This document shows, piece by piece, positions 1 to 10,290 of a stretch of 64,000 nucleotides of DNA. The stretch comes from an uncultured Clostridia bacterium. GTDB lineage: Bacteria > Bacillota > Clostridia > Christensenellales > Borkfalkiaceae. Under the pieces are notes generated by a model. The model saw only the letters and a program-made list of their open reading frames with translations, had not been told where the DNA came from and did no database searches. The stretch is from positions 1,308 through 65,307 of the forward strand of contig CANRJR010000009.1 of the NCBI GenBank assembly GCA_947631005.1, read 5' to 3'. The position numbers and the translations under genes were made by a program. How positions within the stretch are numbered: position 1 is the stretch's first letter; each line of letters begins with the position of its first letter.

Positions 1-1
1 G

Positions 2-3000
2 CCCCAGACTCCGACCAAGGAAAATAAGGTATTCGTCGGTTGGTACACGGATAAGACGTATAAGAACGTGTACTATTTCTCGCAGCCTGTTCGCGGAAAC
101 GTGACGGTGTATGCGAGATTTGTCGATAAGGTCGACCCCGAATTTACCGTCAGTTTCGATGCGAACTATCCCGAAGCGGGGCAGATCGCGTCTGTATCGA
201 CGGCGGGGAACATGCTTTACGACGCGATGTTGCCCACGCCCACGCGCACGGGATACACGTTCGTCGGTTGGTACGTCAGCCAATTCCGCAGTGCGGAGAA
301 GCTGTCGTATGCCTACAACGGTCAGAAGATCTCCGAGCCCATCACGCTGTATGCGGTGTGGGACGAGGGCGATCCCGTTGTGACCGTGACGGACGACGGG
401 GTGGAGATGTCGGCAAGCGGCGTCAACCTCACCTATGAGCTTTCGATCACCGCGCCCGACGGCACTGTGACGACGGACAGCAAAGCACTTGCAAACGACG
501 CGACCACGACGTTTGCCTATGCGTTTGCCGACAAGGCGGCAGGCGAATACAAGGTTGAAGTTACGGTAGACGGCAAAACGACGACCCGTTACTATAATAA
601 TAAGTCGCTCGCGCGCGTATCCGCATTTAAGGTTGAGGGTACGACGCTCATGTTCAACGCCGTAGAAGGCGCGACCGAATACACGATCACCGTTGTTTGC
701 GGCGTGGCGGGACATGCGCACACCGATGTATCGCTCGGCACGGAGACGTCGTACGACTTCTCGACCTGCGATATGCGTCCCGAGGGGATCGATTTCGTTG
801 TCAGCGCGAAGGCGAACAACATGATTTCGAGCACGTCCGACGTATTCACCTACACGAACAAGCTGAATGCGGTGGCGAATCTCTCCGTTGATCCTGCGAC
901 GCAGATCGCGACATGGGACGCGGTGGATAAGGCGACTGCATACCGCGTTACCGTTACGGTAGACGGCGGAACGCCCGTCGTGACGAATGTGGGCAACGTG
1001 ACGAGCTACGCGCTCAAATCGTTTGCCAAGGGGAGCGTGGAGATCGCGGTCGTGCCTGTGGCGTACGGCTGGAACTCGCCCGAGGCGACCAAGACGACGT
1101 ATGCGAAAGCGACCAACGCGACGCCTACGGGGATCACCGTTGAGAACAACGTTTTGACGTGGGAACCCATTGACGGCGTTTCCGAATACGAAGTTCAGAT
1201 CGGCGAGAAGGTGGTCAAGGTCACCGAATGCCGTTATGAGCTTTCTGCGAGCGAGGTCGGCACGTCGGCGTCGGTCACGGTCACCGCGCTCGGCGACACG
1301 TCGGCGGCGAACTCTCTGCCCTCCGACGCGATCACGGTGAACGGCGGCACGAAAGTTGCCAACGTCGTTTACAATGCGGGTTATGCGACGTGGGACGCCG
1401 TGATCGGCGCGACCGCGTATGAAGTTAAAGTAAACAATGGCACGGCGACGAGGGTAAGCGGCACGTCGGCGAAGATCGTTTTGACCAAAGCCGATACCAA
1501 CACCATTGCAGTCCGTGCGATCAAGGGCAGCGAAGAAGGCGAATGGGCGCAGACCGACGTGACGGCGTACGAGGTGGAGTTGCACCTCGGCGGCGACCAG
1601 AGCACGGTAGAGAAGCAATATCTTGCGGAAGGCGACCCGATCGCGTTTGCCGAACCCGTATGGGCGGGCTACGATTTCGTGAGCTGGTACAATGCGCCGA
1701 ACGGTCCGAAAGGGGAGGGCGTTGAATATCGCGATCCTTATTTTGGCGGCGGCAAGCTGACCCTGCACGCGTATTTCGAGCCGCACAAATACACCATTAC
1801 CCTTGTTGCGGGCGACATGGGCGAGAGCGTTACGACGTTTGAGGTATATTTCAGACAGTCGAACGTGGTATTCCCCGTGGCGACGTCGAAGTCGTACGAT
1901 TACACGTTCCGCGGCTGGTACACCGAGGAGAACGGCGGGGAGAACACGCAGTTCACCGACGAAAAGGGCTTGATGAAACTTGCCTACTACACCGACCCGA
2001 GCGACAAGACGTTGTACGCGCACTATATTGAGTTGTACAATTATACGGCGGTTGCGGGCGGCTGGTCGGTTTCCAAGGGCGCAGGCATGAGCTATGTGAC
2101 CGAGGCGACCATTCCTGCCACGCACCTGAACCGCAACGTGGTTACGGTGGAAGATTTCAGCTCGTTGAGGAGCCTTGAAGTTCTGAACATTCCGAGCACG
2201 GTGACGACGATCTCGCTCGGTTCGAAGGCGACGGCATTCACGAACTGCACTGCGCTCAAAGCGGTGAACGTTTACGATGTAGACGGCGTCCGTGCGCCTA
2301 CGTACGCATCCGAGAACGGCATGGTGTACGAAGTGGATCATATGCGTTTGATCTTCGTGCCGTTTGCGATCGGCGAGACGGTCAACATTCCCGACGGCAT
2401 CACCGAGATCGTTGCGGGCGCATTCTACAACAACCTCGTGGTGAAAGAGGTGTATGTCCCCGCGACGGTGACCACGGTGCAAGCCGAGGCGTTCCGTTCC
2501 AAGTCGACCTCGACGACGACGGACGAACCGAGCGCATTGGAGAGGATCACCTTTGCGAACAGCGGCGCGGCGGGCGCGAAGCTCACCATTGCCGACAAGG
2601 CGTTCTATGCGCAGCGGAATCTGGTTTCGCTTACGCTGCCCAAGCAGATCTCGAACTTCTCGAGCTCGGCACTGTACTATTGCAGCGCACTGTCGGAGAT
2701 CAACGTTCTCGACAGTATGGCGTCCGACACCTATTATTCGCTCGACGGCGTGCTCTTCATGAACACGACGGTGGGGAAAGTTGACATGCGCGAGCTTGCG
2801 GCATATCCCGCGGGCAACACGAATACGGAATACACGATCCCCTCGGGGATCGAGTCCATCGGCGGGCGCGCGTTCTACGAGGCGAAGAACCTCACGTCGC
2901 TCACCATCCCGGGTGAGATCCGCAACATTGCGACCGATGCGTTCCGCAGCTGCTCGGGTCTGCTCACGCTGACCTTTGGCGGCGACGAGAACTCGCCCGA

Positions 3001-6000
3001 CCTCACCATCGGCGATACGGCGTTCTACGGCTGCAACAAGATCACCGAGCTCACGCTTCCCGCGAACCTTGTGGAGGTCGGCGCGAATGCGTTCGGCAGC
3101 ACAAACAAGCTGACCAAGGTCGTTGTGAACGTCGGGCGTGCCGACGACTCCGAAGTCAAATTCGGTACGCACGCATTCGGTACGACTGCCACGAGCCCGA
3201 CCTATTACATTACCGACCTCACGCTCGGCAAGTATTGCCCCGAGGTAGACATTGCGGGCGTATTCGGCAACAAGGCGAAGATCACGGTCGACCCCGACAA
3301 CAAGCGTATTTCTGCCATTACGGAAGGCGAGGGTTCGGGCGCGCTCTACAACGCGGAAAAGACCAGGATTCTCTACTACATGGGCACGGACAAGGAATTC
3401 ACCTTGCCGAACACCGTGGAAGAGATCCCCGACAACCTGTTCCGCAACGTAGACACGCTGGAAGTTGTGAACATTCCCGCCTCTGTCAAGTCGATCGGCG
3501 ACGTTGCGTTTGACGATTGCGACAAGCTCAAGACGGTGAACTTCAAGCCCGATACCGAAACGGGCAAGGAGCGTTCGCTCACGATCGGACAGAATGCGTT
3601 CCAGGATTGCACCGCGCTGACCTCGATCAACCTGCCCGAATACACGACCAAGATCGGCAAGACCGCGTTTGCGAAAACGGCTCTGACCTCGCTCAACCTG
3701 CCGAGAGACCTTATCGACATCAACCAAGGGGACGCGAACGCCAACAACCTTGCAATTTACAACATACCCAACTTGAAGACGCTCACCGTTTCGGCGGGGA
3801 ACACCAAGTTCAAGGCGGAGAACAGCGTGCTGTACGAGCTCGCGCTTCGCCCCACCACGGACAACACCTACGATCCGATCAAGCTCGCCTATGTGCCGCA
3901 GCATGCCGACGTAGGGAACAACGGGAAACTTTCGATCCCCGAAACGGTGACGGGCACTTACCTCGCCGCGGCGCGCTACAACGCGAGCATCAAAGAGATC
4001 GAGTTCGCCGACCAGGTTTACGCCTACGACGAGGGCGGCAACAAGGTCAAAGCTACGATGTCGCTCAACAATTCGACATTCTACAACTGCACCGAGTTGC
4101 AAACGGTAAAACTTCCCGAAGGCTTGGTGGAGATCACCACGTGGGTGTTCTACGGATGCCCCAAGCTGGTGGAAGTGACCATTCCGAGCACGGTTACCAC
4201 CATTACGCAGGCATTCCCGCACTGCACGGCGTTGCGCACGGTCCGCTTCGCCGACAAGGTTGTCGCCTATAAAGACGGCGAGGAGATCGACGGCACGTTG
4301 ACGCTCACCGACGCGAGCGCGAATCCGACGTCGACCAGCTACGGCGCGTTCGGCGAATGCCCGAGCCTCGAATCGCTCACGCTTCCCGAGGGGACGGTTT
4401 TGATCGGTTCGAACTCCTTTGTCGGTTGCACCAACTTGAAGACGCTCAACCTGCCCTCCACGGTGACCACCATCGGCAAGTATGCGTTCTACAACGCGAC
4501 CTCGCTTGAAACGGTCACGTTCCCGAACGATATCAAGGCGGGCAACAAGCTCACCATTCTCGACTACGCGTTCTACAATTCGCCCAAGCTCAACTCGTTC
4601 GAGTTTGCAGAGGGCATTACGGAGATCGGGTACGACAGCTTCTACAAGACGGGCTTGCAGACCGTGCAGTTCCCCGCTTCGCTCGAAAAGCTCGGCGACT
4701 ACGCGTTCCAATACGCGAAGATCAAGACGGCGGACTTCTCGAAAGCAACGAAGCTCGGCACGATCGGCAAGTATGTGTTCGCATATTCCACCCTTGCGGG
4801 CGACGTTACCATTCCCGCGTCCGTGGAATCCATCGGCGAATACACGTTCAACAAGACGGATATTACGAGCTTCACCCTTGCCGAAGACTCCAAGCTCACC
4901 GCGATCCCCGGAAGCTTATTCTACTACACGGCGAACCTCACATCGGTGAACTTCGGCGCGAAGAGCAAGATCACGACCATCGGCGGCAACGTGTTCTACG
5001 CCAGCGGCATTCCGAGCATCACCATTCCCGCAAGCGTTACCACGCTCTCGGCGAGCGCGTTGCGCGGCGCGACCAAACTTGCGACCATCAACTTTGAGAC
5101 GGGTTCGAAGCTTGCGTCCATCGGCAACACGGCGTTCCAGGGGACGGTGATCACCGAATTTACGTTCCCGACCGTCGTGGAAGAGCCCGAAGAGGAAGCG
5201 ACCGCGACCGCGACGGCAGACACGACGCCTGCCACCAAGTATAAGAACATCACCCTCGGTACGGAGCTCTTCAAGGGCTGCACCAAGCTGAAAACGGTCA
5301 CCCTGTCTCCGTCCATCGCGGCGATCTCCAACTCGTTCAAGGGTTGCGCGTCCATCACCAAGATCAACGTCGATGCGGACAACGCGAACTTCTCGGTAAA
5401 AGAGGGGAGCGACGAGCCCATCCTTTACAACAAGGATCAAACGGCGATCCGCCTCATCTACGGGAAGCTTCCGAACAACGTCGTAACCATTCCCGAGGGC
5501 GTGAAGTCTATCGACGCGGGTGCTTACTACGGACAGTTCGACATCACCAAGGTCATCCTGCCTTACTCGCTCACCGAGATCGGGGCGAATGCCTTCCAGG
5601 ATTGCATCCGTTTGGAGGAAGTGGCATTCCTTGCTCCCGACGACGAAAAGGCGGTTTGCGCGCTCGCTACCATCGGCAATTACGCGTTCGACGGCTGCGT
5701 GAGCCTTTCGAAATTCCCGTTCGAAACGGCGAACAACTTGCAGTCTGTCGGGACATACGGATTCCAGGATACGGCACTTGAAACGCTCGACCTCTCCAAG
5801 AACGTCGTGTTAAAGACGCTCGGGAACTATTCGTTCGCCTACATCGACGCGCTCACCGAGATCAAGGCACTTCCCGATTCGCTCACCACGACGGGCACGT
5901 ACCTCTTCTACTACTGCGTGAACCTGCAAAAGGCAGACCTTGCCAACAGCAAGCTCTCGGCAATCGCCGACAGAACGTTCTGCTACTGCGCGAAGCTCTC

Positions 6001-9000
6001 CGAGGTGACTTTCCCGAAAGGCACGCTCACTACGATCGGCAAATATGCGTTCGGCTACTGCGACGGCTTGATCAACGTCGACCTTTCGGAGTGCTCCAAG
6101 CTCACCAAGATCGGCGCGGAGGCAACCTCCACGAGCTCTGCGGGCAGCAACTACGTATTCGGTTATTGCGATAATCTTGAAGAAGTGAAGTTCCCCTCGA
6201 GCCTCACGTTCATCGGCGACCACTCGTTCTATCAGTGCTACGCACTCACGACAGTGGATTTGAGCAATACCAAGATCAAGGCTTTGCATACCAAGGCGGC
6301 TGCGCCTACGTCGCTCACCACGGGCAGGGGCAACGAGACCTATATCTTTGCGGATTGCTCGAGCCTCGAAGAGGTCAAACTTCCCTCGGGATGCAACTAC
6401 ATCGGAAACAACACGTTCCAGAACTGCGTCAAGCTCTCGAAGATCGACCTTTCCAAGATCAAGATGTTCGGTCAGTACGCGTTCGACAACTCGGGTCTCA
6501 CCGAGCTCACCCTGCCCACGAAGATGACGGGTACGTCGGCGAGCAACGCCATCGGACCGTACTGCTTCCGCGGCTGCTTAAAGCTGGAAACGGTTACCAT
6601 TCCCAACGAAGTGAAGTACATCGGCACGTACACGTTCCGCTACTGCACCGCGCTTGAAACCGTCACGTTCGGCGACGCTTGCCAGGTGACCGTGATCGGC
6701 GCAGGCGTGTTCGACGGGTGCACGGCACTTACGAACGTTGTGAACATGCCCTCGAAAGTCACCGAACTCGGAACGTATGCGTTCCAGAACTGCACGGGCA
6801 TTACGGAGTTCGACCTCTCGAGCCTCACCAAGATCGGCGGCAGCGCGTTCCTCGGCTCGGGGATCAAGAAAGTGAACCTGCCGAGCACGCTCAACAAGAT
6901 CGCGGCGCAGTCCATCGGTGCGTCCGCATTCGAGAACTGCACCGAGCTCACCGAAGTGTTCGTCGGCGCGGGCGTCAAGGCGTTCTTCGGCGATCTCTTT
7001 AAGGGTTGCACCAAGCTCAAAACCGTCACCTTTGAAGAGGGTTCTGAATTCCAGAGTCTTTACAGCTCGGTCTTTGAGGGTTGCACGAGCCTGACCGACA
7101 TCATCTTCCAGGGCGAAATGAGCGAGTTCAAGGGCTACTACTCTTCGACGTATCACTCGGCGTTCAAGGGTTGCACCGCGCTCGAAACGGTCGACTTCAC
7201 GAACGTCACGTGCGAAGCGTTCACCTCGCTCAACAAGACGACGTTCGAGGGCTGCACCAACCTCACCACCGTGAAGTTGCCCGCAGGGCTTCTCGACCTC
7301 GGCGAATCCACCTTTAAGGATTGCGTCAAGCTGACCACCGTTCAGTTCCCGACGATCGACGGCGTAACCATCGGTACGCACTGCTTCGAGAACACGGGCT
7401 TCACAACGCTTGAGATCCCGTACAACGTCACCAAGATCGGCGTGGGCGCGTTCGCAAAGTGCTCCAAGCTCACCGAGCTCAAACCGCAGGCGAATACGGA
7501 GGGGGCGACCCGCTTCACGGCACAGGCGAACGGCACGTTGCTCTACGACGAGACAGGCGCGCTCGCGGCGGCTCTTCCCAACGTTCAGTGGGATGCGAAG
7601 TATGAAACGTTCACCTCTATCGGCGAGGGCGCGTTCGACGGCGTGCACGGCATCGAGAACTTGACGTTGCCCGCAACTGTCACCGAGATCGGCGACTACG
7701 CCTTCCGCGGCAGCGACGTAAAGACGCTCACCGTTCCCGCAAGCGTTACCACCATCGGTTCGTACGCCTTTGCGGAGAGCGAGATCCAAAGCATCACATT
7801 CCTCGGAAGCGCGACGGCACTCGACGCGAGCACCTACCTCTTCGAGGGTTGCACCAAGCTCACCTCGGTCACCCTGCCCGACGGGCTCACCACCATCGGA
7901 AACTACATGTTCCAAGGCTGCACCAACCTCACGCAGCTGAACATTCCTTCCACGGTGACCACCATCGGCACGTACGCCTTCAACGGCGCGGGCATTACCG
8001 CGGCGAACTTGGAGAACGTTACCGCAATCGGACAGCATGCGTTTGAGGGAACAAAGATCGTGAATCTCACCATTTCCGAAACGCTTGTCGACCTCGGATC
8101 GTTCGCCTTCTCGGGTATCGACACGTTGCAAACCGTCACCATCAAGGGCGCGCGGATCAACGTTCCGTCGAGCAGCACGGGCACTTCGCCTTACGCCGCT
8201 GCGTCGGTGTTCGAAAACTGCAAGAACCTCGAAACGGTCGACATCCAAGAGGGTACGCCCGTCATCGGTACGAACTGGTTCTTCGGCGACGTCAAGTTGA
8301 AAAACGTCACCCTGCCCGAAACCTCGCTCACCGAGATCAAGAACTACGCGTTCGCAATGGGGAAAGAATCCGATAAACTCGGTTCGGTCGGCGCGCTCAA
8401 AGAGATCACCATTCCCGCGAGCATCACAACGCTCGGGACGGGCGTGTTCATCGGATCGAGCATCGAGAAGTTCGTCTACCCCGAAGGCATTTCGGGCACG
8501 AGCGCAACGGGTACGAGCACGTTCGAAGGCGTTACGACCTTGAAGTATGTGTACGTCGCCTCTACCATCGATTCGTTCAACGCATATACGTTCCGTTATT
8601 GCACGGGGCTCGAATATGTTGTATTGGCAGAGGGCGGCTCGACGCAGATCTCCAACGCCGTGTTCTACGGGTGCACCAACCTGCGCTACGTTGAACTTCC
8701 CGCAAGCTCGCTCTCTCTCATCACCAACAGCTTCGTAAACTGCGAAAAACTTCGTCTGTTCCTGCGGCCGTCCGTGATGAGCCTTCCCGCAGGTGCGTTC
8801 TACAGCACCTCCGACGAGTCGACCGCAGAAAACGCGCCCGAACTCTACTTCGAACAGTCGGAGTTTGAGATCCTCGCTTCGTACGGCATTGAGTTCCGGT
8901 CGATCCTCGGCGATCACGTCCATTACAATTCTTCGAATGAGCAAGTGATTGAGGACCTCAAAACGTTTGACAATTGGGAGATTCCTATGATAGAATGGAT

Positions 9001-9013
9001 TAAAGAGGATTAA
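2..9013 (+). CDS. Giant cell-surface protein (5' end outside window): InlB B-repeat (Listeria-Bacteroides repeat) + FN3-like modules + long BspA-type leucine-rich repeat array
   Basis: The frame is open from base 2 (PQTPTKENKVFVGWYTDKTYKNVYYF precedes the first Met of the track ORF). GYTFVGWY / GYDFVSWY / FRGWYTEE motifs are typical of Flg_new/InlB B-repeats. There are repeated about 90-aa modules with WDAV.GATAYEV-type FN3 signatures. About 2,300 aa consist of IP.SVT.IG..AF..C..L units (LRR_5/BspA type). Confidence 0.85.
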   Translation, partial: PQTPTKENKVFVGWYTDKTYKNVYYFSQPVRGNVTVYARFVDKVDPEFTVSFDANYPEAGQIASVSTAGNMLYDAMLPTPTRTGYTFVGWYVSQFRSAEKLSYAYNGQKISEPITLYAVWDEGDPVVTVTDDGVEMSASGVNLTYELSITAPDGTVTTDSKALANDATTTFAYAFADKAAGEYKVEVTVDGKTTTRYYNNKSLARVSAFKVEGTTLMFNAVEGATEYTITVVCGVAGHAHTDVSLGTETSYDFSTCDMRPEGIDFVVSAKANNMISSTSDVFTYTNKLNAVANLSVDPATQIATWDAVDKATAYRVTVTVDGGTPVVTNVGNVTSYALKSFAKGSVEIAVVPVAYGWNSPEATKTTYAKATNATPTGITVENNVLTWEPIDGVSEYEVQIGEKVVKVTECRYELSASEVGTSASVTVTALGDTSAANSLPSDAITVNGGTKVANVVYNAGYATWDAVIGATAYEVKVNNGTATRVSGTSAKIVLTKADTNTIAVRAIKGSEEGEWAQTDVTAYEVELHLGGDQSTVEKQYLAEGDPIAFAEPVWAGYDFVSWYNAPNGPKGEGVEYRDPYFGGGKLTLHAYFEPHKYTITLVAGDMGESVTTFEVYFRQSNVVFPVATSKSYDYTFRGWYTEENGGENTQFTDEKGLMKLAYYTDPSDKTLYAHYIELYNYTAVAGGWSVSKGAGMSYVTEATIPATHLNRNVVTVEDFSSLRSLEVLNIPSTVTTISLGSKATAFTNCTALKAVNVYDVDGVRAPTYASENGMVYEVDHMRLIFVPFAIGETVNIPDGITEIVAGAFYNNLVVKEVYVPATVTTVQAEAFRSKSTSTTTDEPSALERITFANSGAAGAKLTIADKAFYAQRNLVSLTLPKQISNFSSSALYYCSALSEINVLDSMASDTYYSLDGVLFMNTTVGKVDMRELAAYPAGNTNTEYTIPSGIESIGGRAFYEAKNLTSLTIPGEIRNIATDAFRSCSGLLTLTFGGDENSPDLTIGDTAFYGCNKITELTLPANLVEVGANAFGSTNKLTKVVVNVGRADDSEVKFGTHAFGTTATSPTYYITDLTLGKYCPEVDIAGVFGNKAKITVDPDNKRISAITEGEGSGALYNAEKTRILYYMGTDKEFTLPNTVEEIPDNLFRNVDTLEVVNIPASVKSIGDVAFDDCDKLKTVNFKPDTETGKERSLTIGQNAFQDCTALTSINLPEYTTKIGKTAFAKTALTSLNLPRDLIDINQGDANANNLAIYNIPNLKTLTVSAGNTKFKAENSVLYELALRPTTDNTYDPIKLAYVPQHADVGNNGKLSIPETVTGTYLAAARYNASIKEIEFADQVYAYDEGGNKVKATMSLNNSTFYNCTELQTVKLPEGLVEITTWVFYGCPKLVEVTIPSTVTTITQAFPHCTALRTVRFADKVVAYKDGEEIDGTLTLTDASANPTSTSYGAFGECPSLESLTLPEGTVLIGSNSFVGCTNLKTLNLPSTVTTIGKYAFYNATSLETVTFPNDIKAGNKLTILDYAFYNSPKLNSFEFAEGITEIGYDSFYKTGLQTVQFPASLEKLGDYAFQYAKIKTADFSKATKLGTIGKYVFAYSTLAGDVTIPASVESIGEYTFNKTDITSFTLAEDSKLTAIPGSLFYYTANLTSVNFGAKSKITTIGGNVFYASGIPSITIPASVTTLSASALRGATKLATINFETGSKLASIGNTAFQGTVITEFTFPTVVEEPEEEATATATADTTPATKYKNITLGTELFKGCTKLKTVTLSPSIAAISNSFKGCASITKINVDADNANFSVKEGSDEPILYNKDQTAIRLIYGKLPNNVVTIPEGVKSIDAGAYYGQFDITKVILPYSLTEIGANAFQDCIRLEEVAFLAPDDEKAVCALATIGNYAFDGCVSLSKFPFETANNLQSVGTYGFQDTALETLDLSKNVVLKTLGNYSFAYIDALTEIKALPDSLTTTGTYLFYYCVNLQKADLANSKLSAIADRTFCYCAKLSEVTFPKGTLTTIGKYAFGYCDGLINVDLSECSKLTKIGAEATSTSSAGSNYVFGYCDNLEEVKFPSSLTFIGDHSFYQCYALTTVDLSNTKIKALHTKAAAPTSLTTGRGNETYIFADCSSLEEVKLPSGCNYIGNNTFQNCVKLSKIDLSKIKMFGQYAFDNSGLTELTLPTKMTGTSASNAIGPYCFRGCLKLETVTIPNEVKYIGTYTFRYCTALETVTFGDACQVTVIGAGVFDGCTALTNVVNMPSKVTELGTYAFQNCTGITEFDLSSLTKIGGSAFLGSGIKKVNLPSTLNKIAAQSIGASAFENCTELTEVFVGAGVKAFFGDLFKGCTKLKTVTFEEGSEFQSLYSSVFEGCTSLTDIIFQGEMSEFKGYYSSTYHSAFKGCTALETVDFTNVTCEAFTSLNKTTFEGCTNLTTVKLPAGLLDLGESTFKDCVKLTTVQFPTIDGVTIGTHCFENTGFTTLEIPYNVTKIGVGAFAKCSKLTELKPQANTEGATRFTAQANGTLLYDETGALAAALPNVQWDAKYETFTSIGEGAFDGVHGIENLTLPATVTEIGDYAFRGSDVKTLTVPASVTTIGSYAFAESEIQSITFLGSATALDASTYLFEGCTKLTSVTLPDGLTTIGNYMFQGCTNLTQLNIPSTVTTIGTYAFNGAGITAANLENVTAIGQHAFEGTKIVNLTISETLVDLGSFAFSGIDTLQTVTIKGARINVPSSSTGTSPYAAASVFENCKNLETVDIQEGTPVIGTNWFFGDVKLKNVTLPETSLTEIKNYAFAMGKESDKLGSVGALKEITIPASITTLGTGVFIGSSIEKFVYPEGISGTSATGTSTFEGVTTLKYVYVASTIDSFNAYTFRYCTGLEYVVLAEGGSTQISNAVFYGCTNLRYVELPASSLSLITNSFVNCEKLRLFLRPSVMSLPAGAFYSTSDESTAENAPELYFEQSEFEILASYGIEFRSILGDHVHYNSSNEQVIEDLKTFDNWEIPMIEWIKED

Positions 9014-9062
9014 ACCGTTCTATCGCGGAAACAACCAAGCAAGCGTAGCAAGCAATCGGATC

Positions 9063-9090
9063 CCTCACCGAACGGATTTGTTCGGTGAGG
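9063..9090 (+). terminator. Stem-loop after the giant gene (11-bp stem cctcaccgaac/gttcggtgagg), no clear U-run
   Basis: Perfect inverted repeat read directly from the sequence, 50 nt downstream of the stop codon at 9011-9013. Confidence 0.35.
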
Positions 9091-9140
9091 TACATCCATA
9101 TTAAAAGGGTATTGAAAAATAACAACAAAAGGAGATAATT

Positions 9141-10250
9141 ATGAACGAGTCATTGAAAAAATTTCGTCAACGCATTGTGCGCAACGCGCTCATCAAGACA
9201 TTCTTGTGTGCCGCCGTCATTGCATGCGGCGTTCTCATCGTGTCTGCGCTCGCTTCATGGATCTTCGGATTTCAAGCGGGCATCTGGCTGTCGGTAGGGC
9301 TGTTTGTAGGTTCTTTCGCCGCGGCTTTCACCCTCTTCTACCTCTTTAAGTTCCGCCCGTCCGATAAGGACGTTGCAAGAGCTGTCGATTCGCTCGGTCT
9401 CGAAGAGCGTCTCGTCACCATGATGGAACTCGAAGGCGACGAATCGTACATCGCACGTATCCAGCGCGCCGACGCCAAAGCCGCCCTCGCCAAAGCAGAC
9501 CACACCCTCTTAAAGGTCACGGCGTCCGTCGCCCTCCTCGTAGCGGTCGGCGTTTCCGCCGTATTCGGGATCGGCGCGCTCACCGTCGATTCGCTCTACT
9601 CCGCGGGCGTCATTCCCAGCGCGGTAGCCCTCGCCGAAACCCATAAGACGAACAGCCGCTCTTTCACCCTCAAATATAACGCGAAATCGGGCGGCAAGAT
9701 CTACTACTTGGTCGACGGCGCGCTCGGCGACGAGGTAGAGGACGCCATCGTCGTCGCACAGGGCGAGGACGCTCCCGCCATCATCGCATATCCCGACAAC
9801 GGCTATGTGTTCACGGGTTGGTCGGACGGCAAGTACGATCCCTATCGGCAGGAACGCGCGGTCGCAAACAGCCTCTCGCTCAACGCGACGTTCGAAAAAG
9901 TGTCGCTCGCGCCCGACCTCCTCGAGGACGGCGATCCAAACAGCGACAGCAATAACAATAACAATAACAACAACAATAACCCGCCGCCCAATGACATGCC
10001 GCCCGATGACGGCGACGGCGACGGCGACAACTTCCAAAACGCTCCCGACGGAAGCGGGCAGGCAAGCGACAACAACATGGTGAACAACGGGTCTACCTAC
10101 TACGGCGACGAGTACGACGGCGCGTATAACGACACCCTCGACCGTCTCGGCGACGGCAGCGATATCCCCGACAACCTCCAAGGCGGCATCAACGACTACA
10201 TGGGCTCGATCGGCAGAGGCGGCTCGGACGGCGGAGAGGGCGGCAACTGA
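9141..10250 (+). CDS. Membrane protein with one InlB B-repeat and a low-complexity poly-Asn/Asp-Gly tail; first gene of the MoxR operon
   Basis: RBS aaaggaga lies 7 nt upstream of the ATG. There are hydrophobic segments near aa 20-70 and 125-150. A GYVFTGWSDG motif is present. The N10 tract is encoded by (AAY)10 at 9951-9980. Confidence 0.7.
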   Translation: MNESLKKFRQRIVRNALIKTFLCAAVIACGVLIVSALASWIFGFQAGIWLSVGLFVGSFAAAFTLFYLFKFRPSDKDVARAVDSLGLEERLVTMMELEGDESYIARIQRADAKAALAKADHTLLKVTASVALLVAVGVSAVFGIGALTVDSLYSAGVIPSAVALAETHKTNSRSFTLKYNAKSGGKIYYLVDGALGDEVEDAIVVAQGEDAPAIIAYPDNGYVFTGWSDGKYDPYRQERAVANSLSLNATFEKVSLAPDLLEDGDPNSDSNNNNNNNNNNPPPNDMPPDDGDGDGDNFQNAPDGSGQASDNNMVNNGSTYYGDEYDGAYNDTLDRLGDGSDIPDNLQGGINDYMGSIGRGGSDGGEGGN

Positions 10251-10290
10251 CCCAAAGGAAACACAAATCCAATCAAAGTGAGATAGATTC

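Noticed and set aside
6578-8944. 788-aa minus-strand ORF (and similar ones at 9510-11135, 19829-22090, 22466-24919, 41098-42504, 44993-46507, 50095-51450, 53734-54975 and 54521-55792; plus-strand 52753-53844 and 57700-59208)
   Set aside because: All lie fully inside, and antisense to, genes with strong family signatures (LRR protein, MoxR, GH1, FeoB, ABC proteins, AspA and others). They have Arg/Gly/Asp-rich low-information translations.
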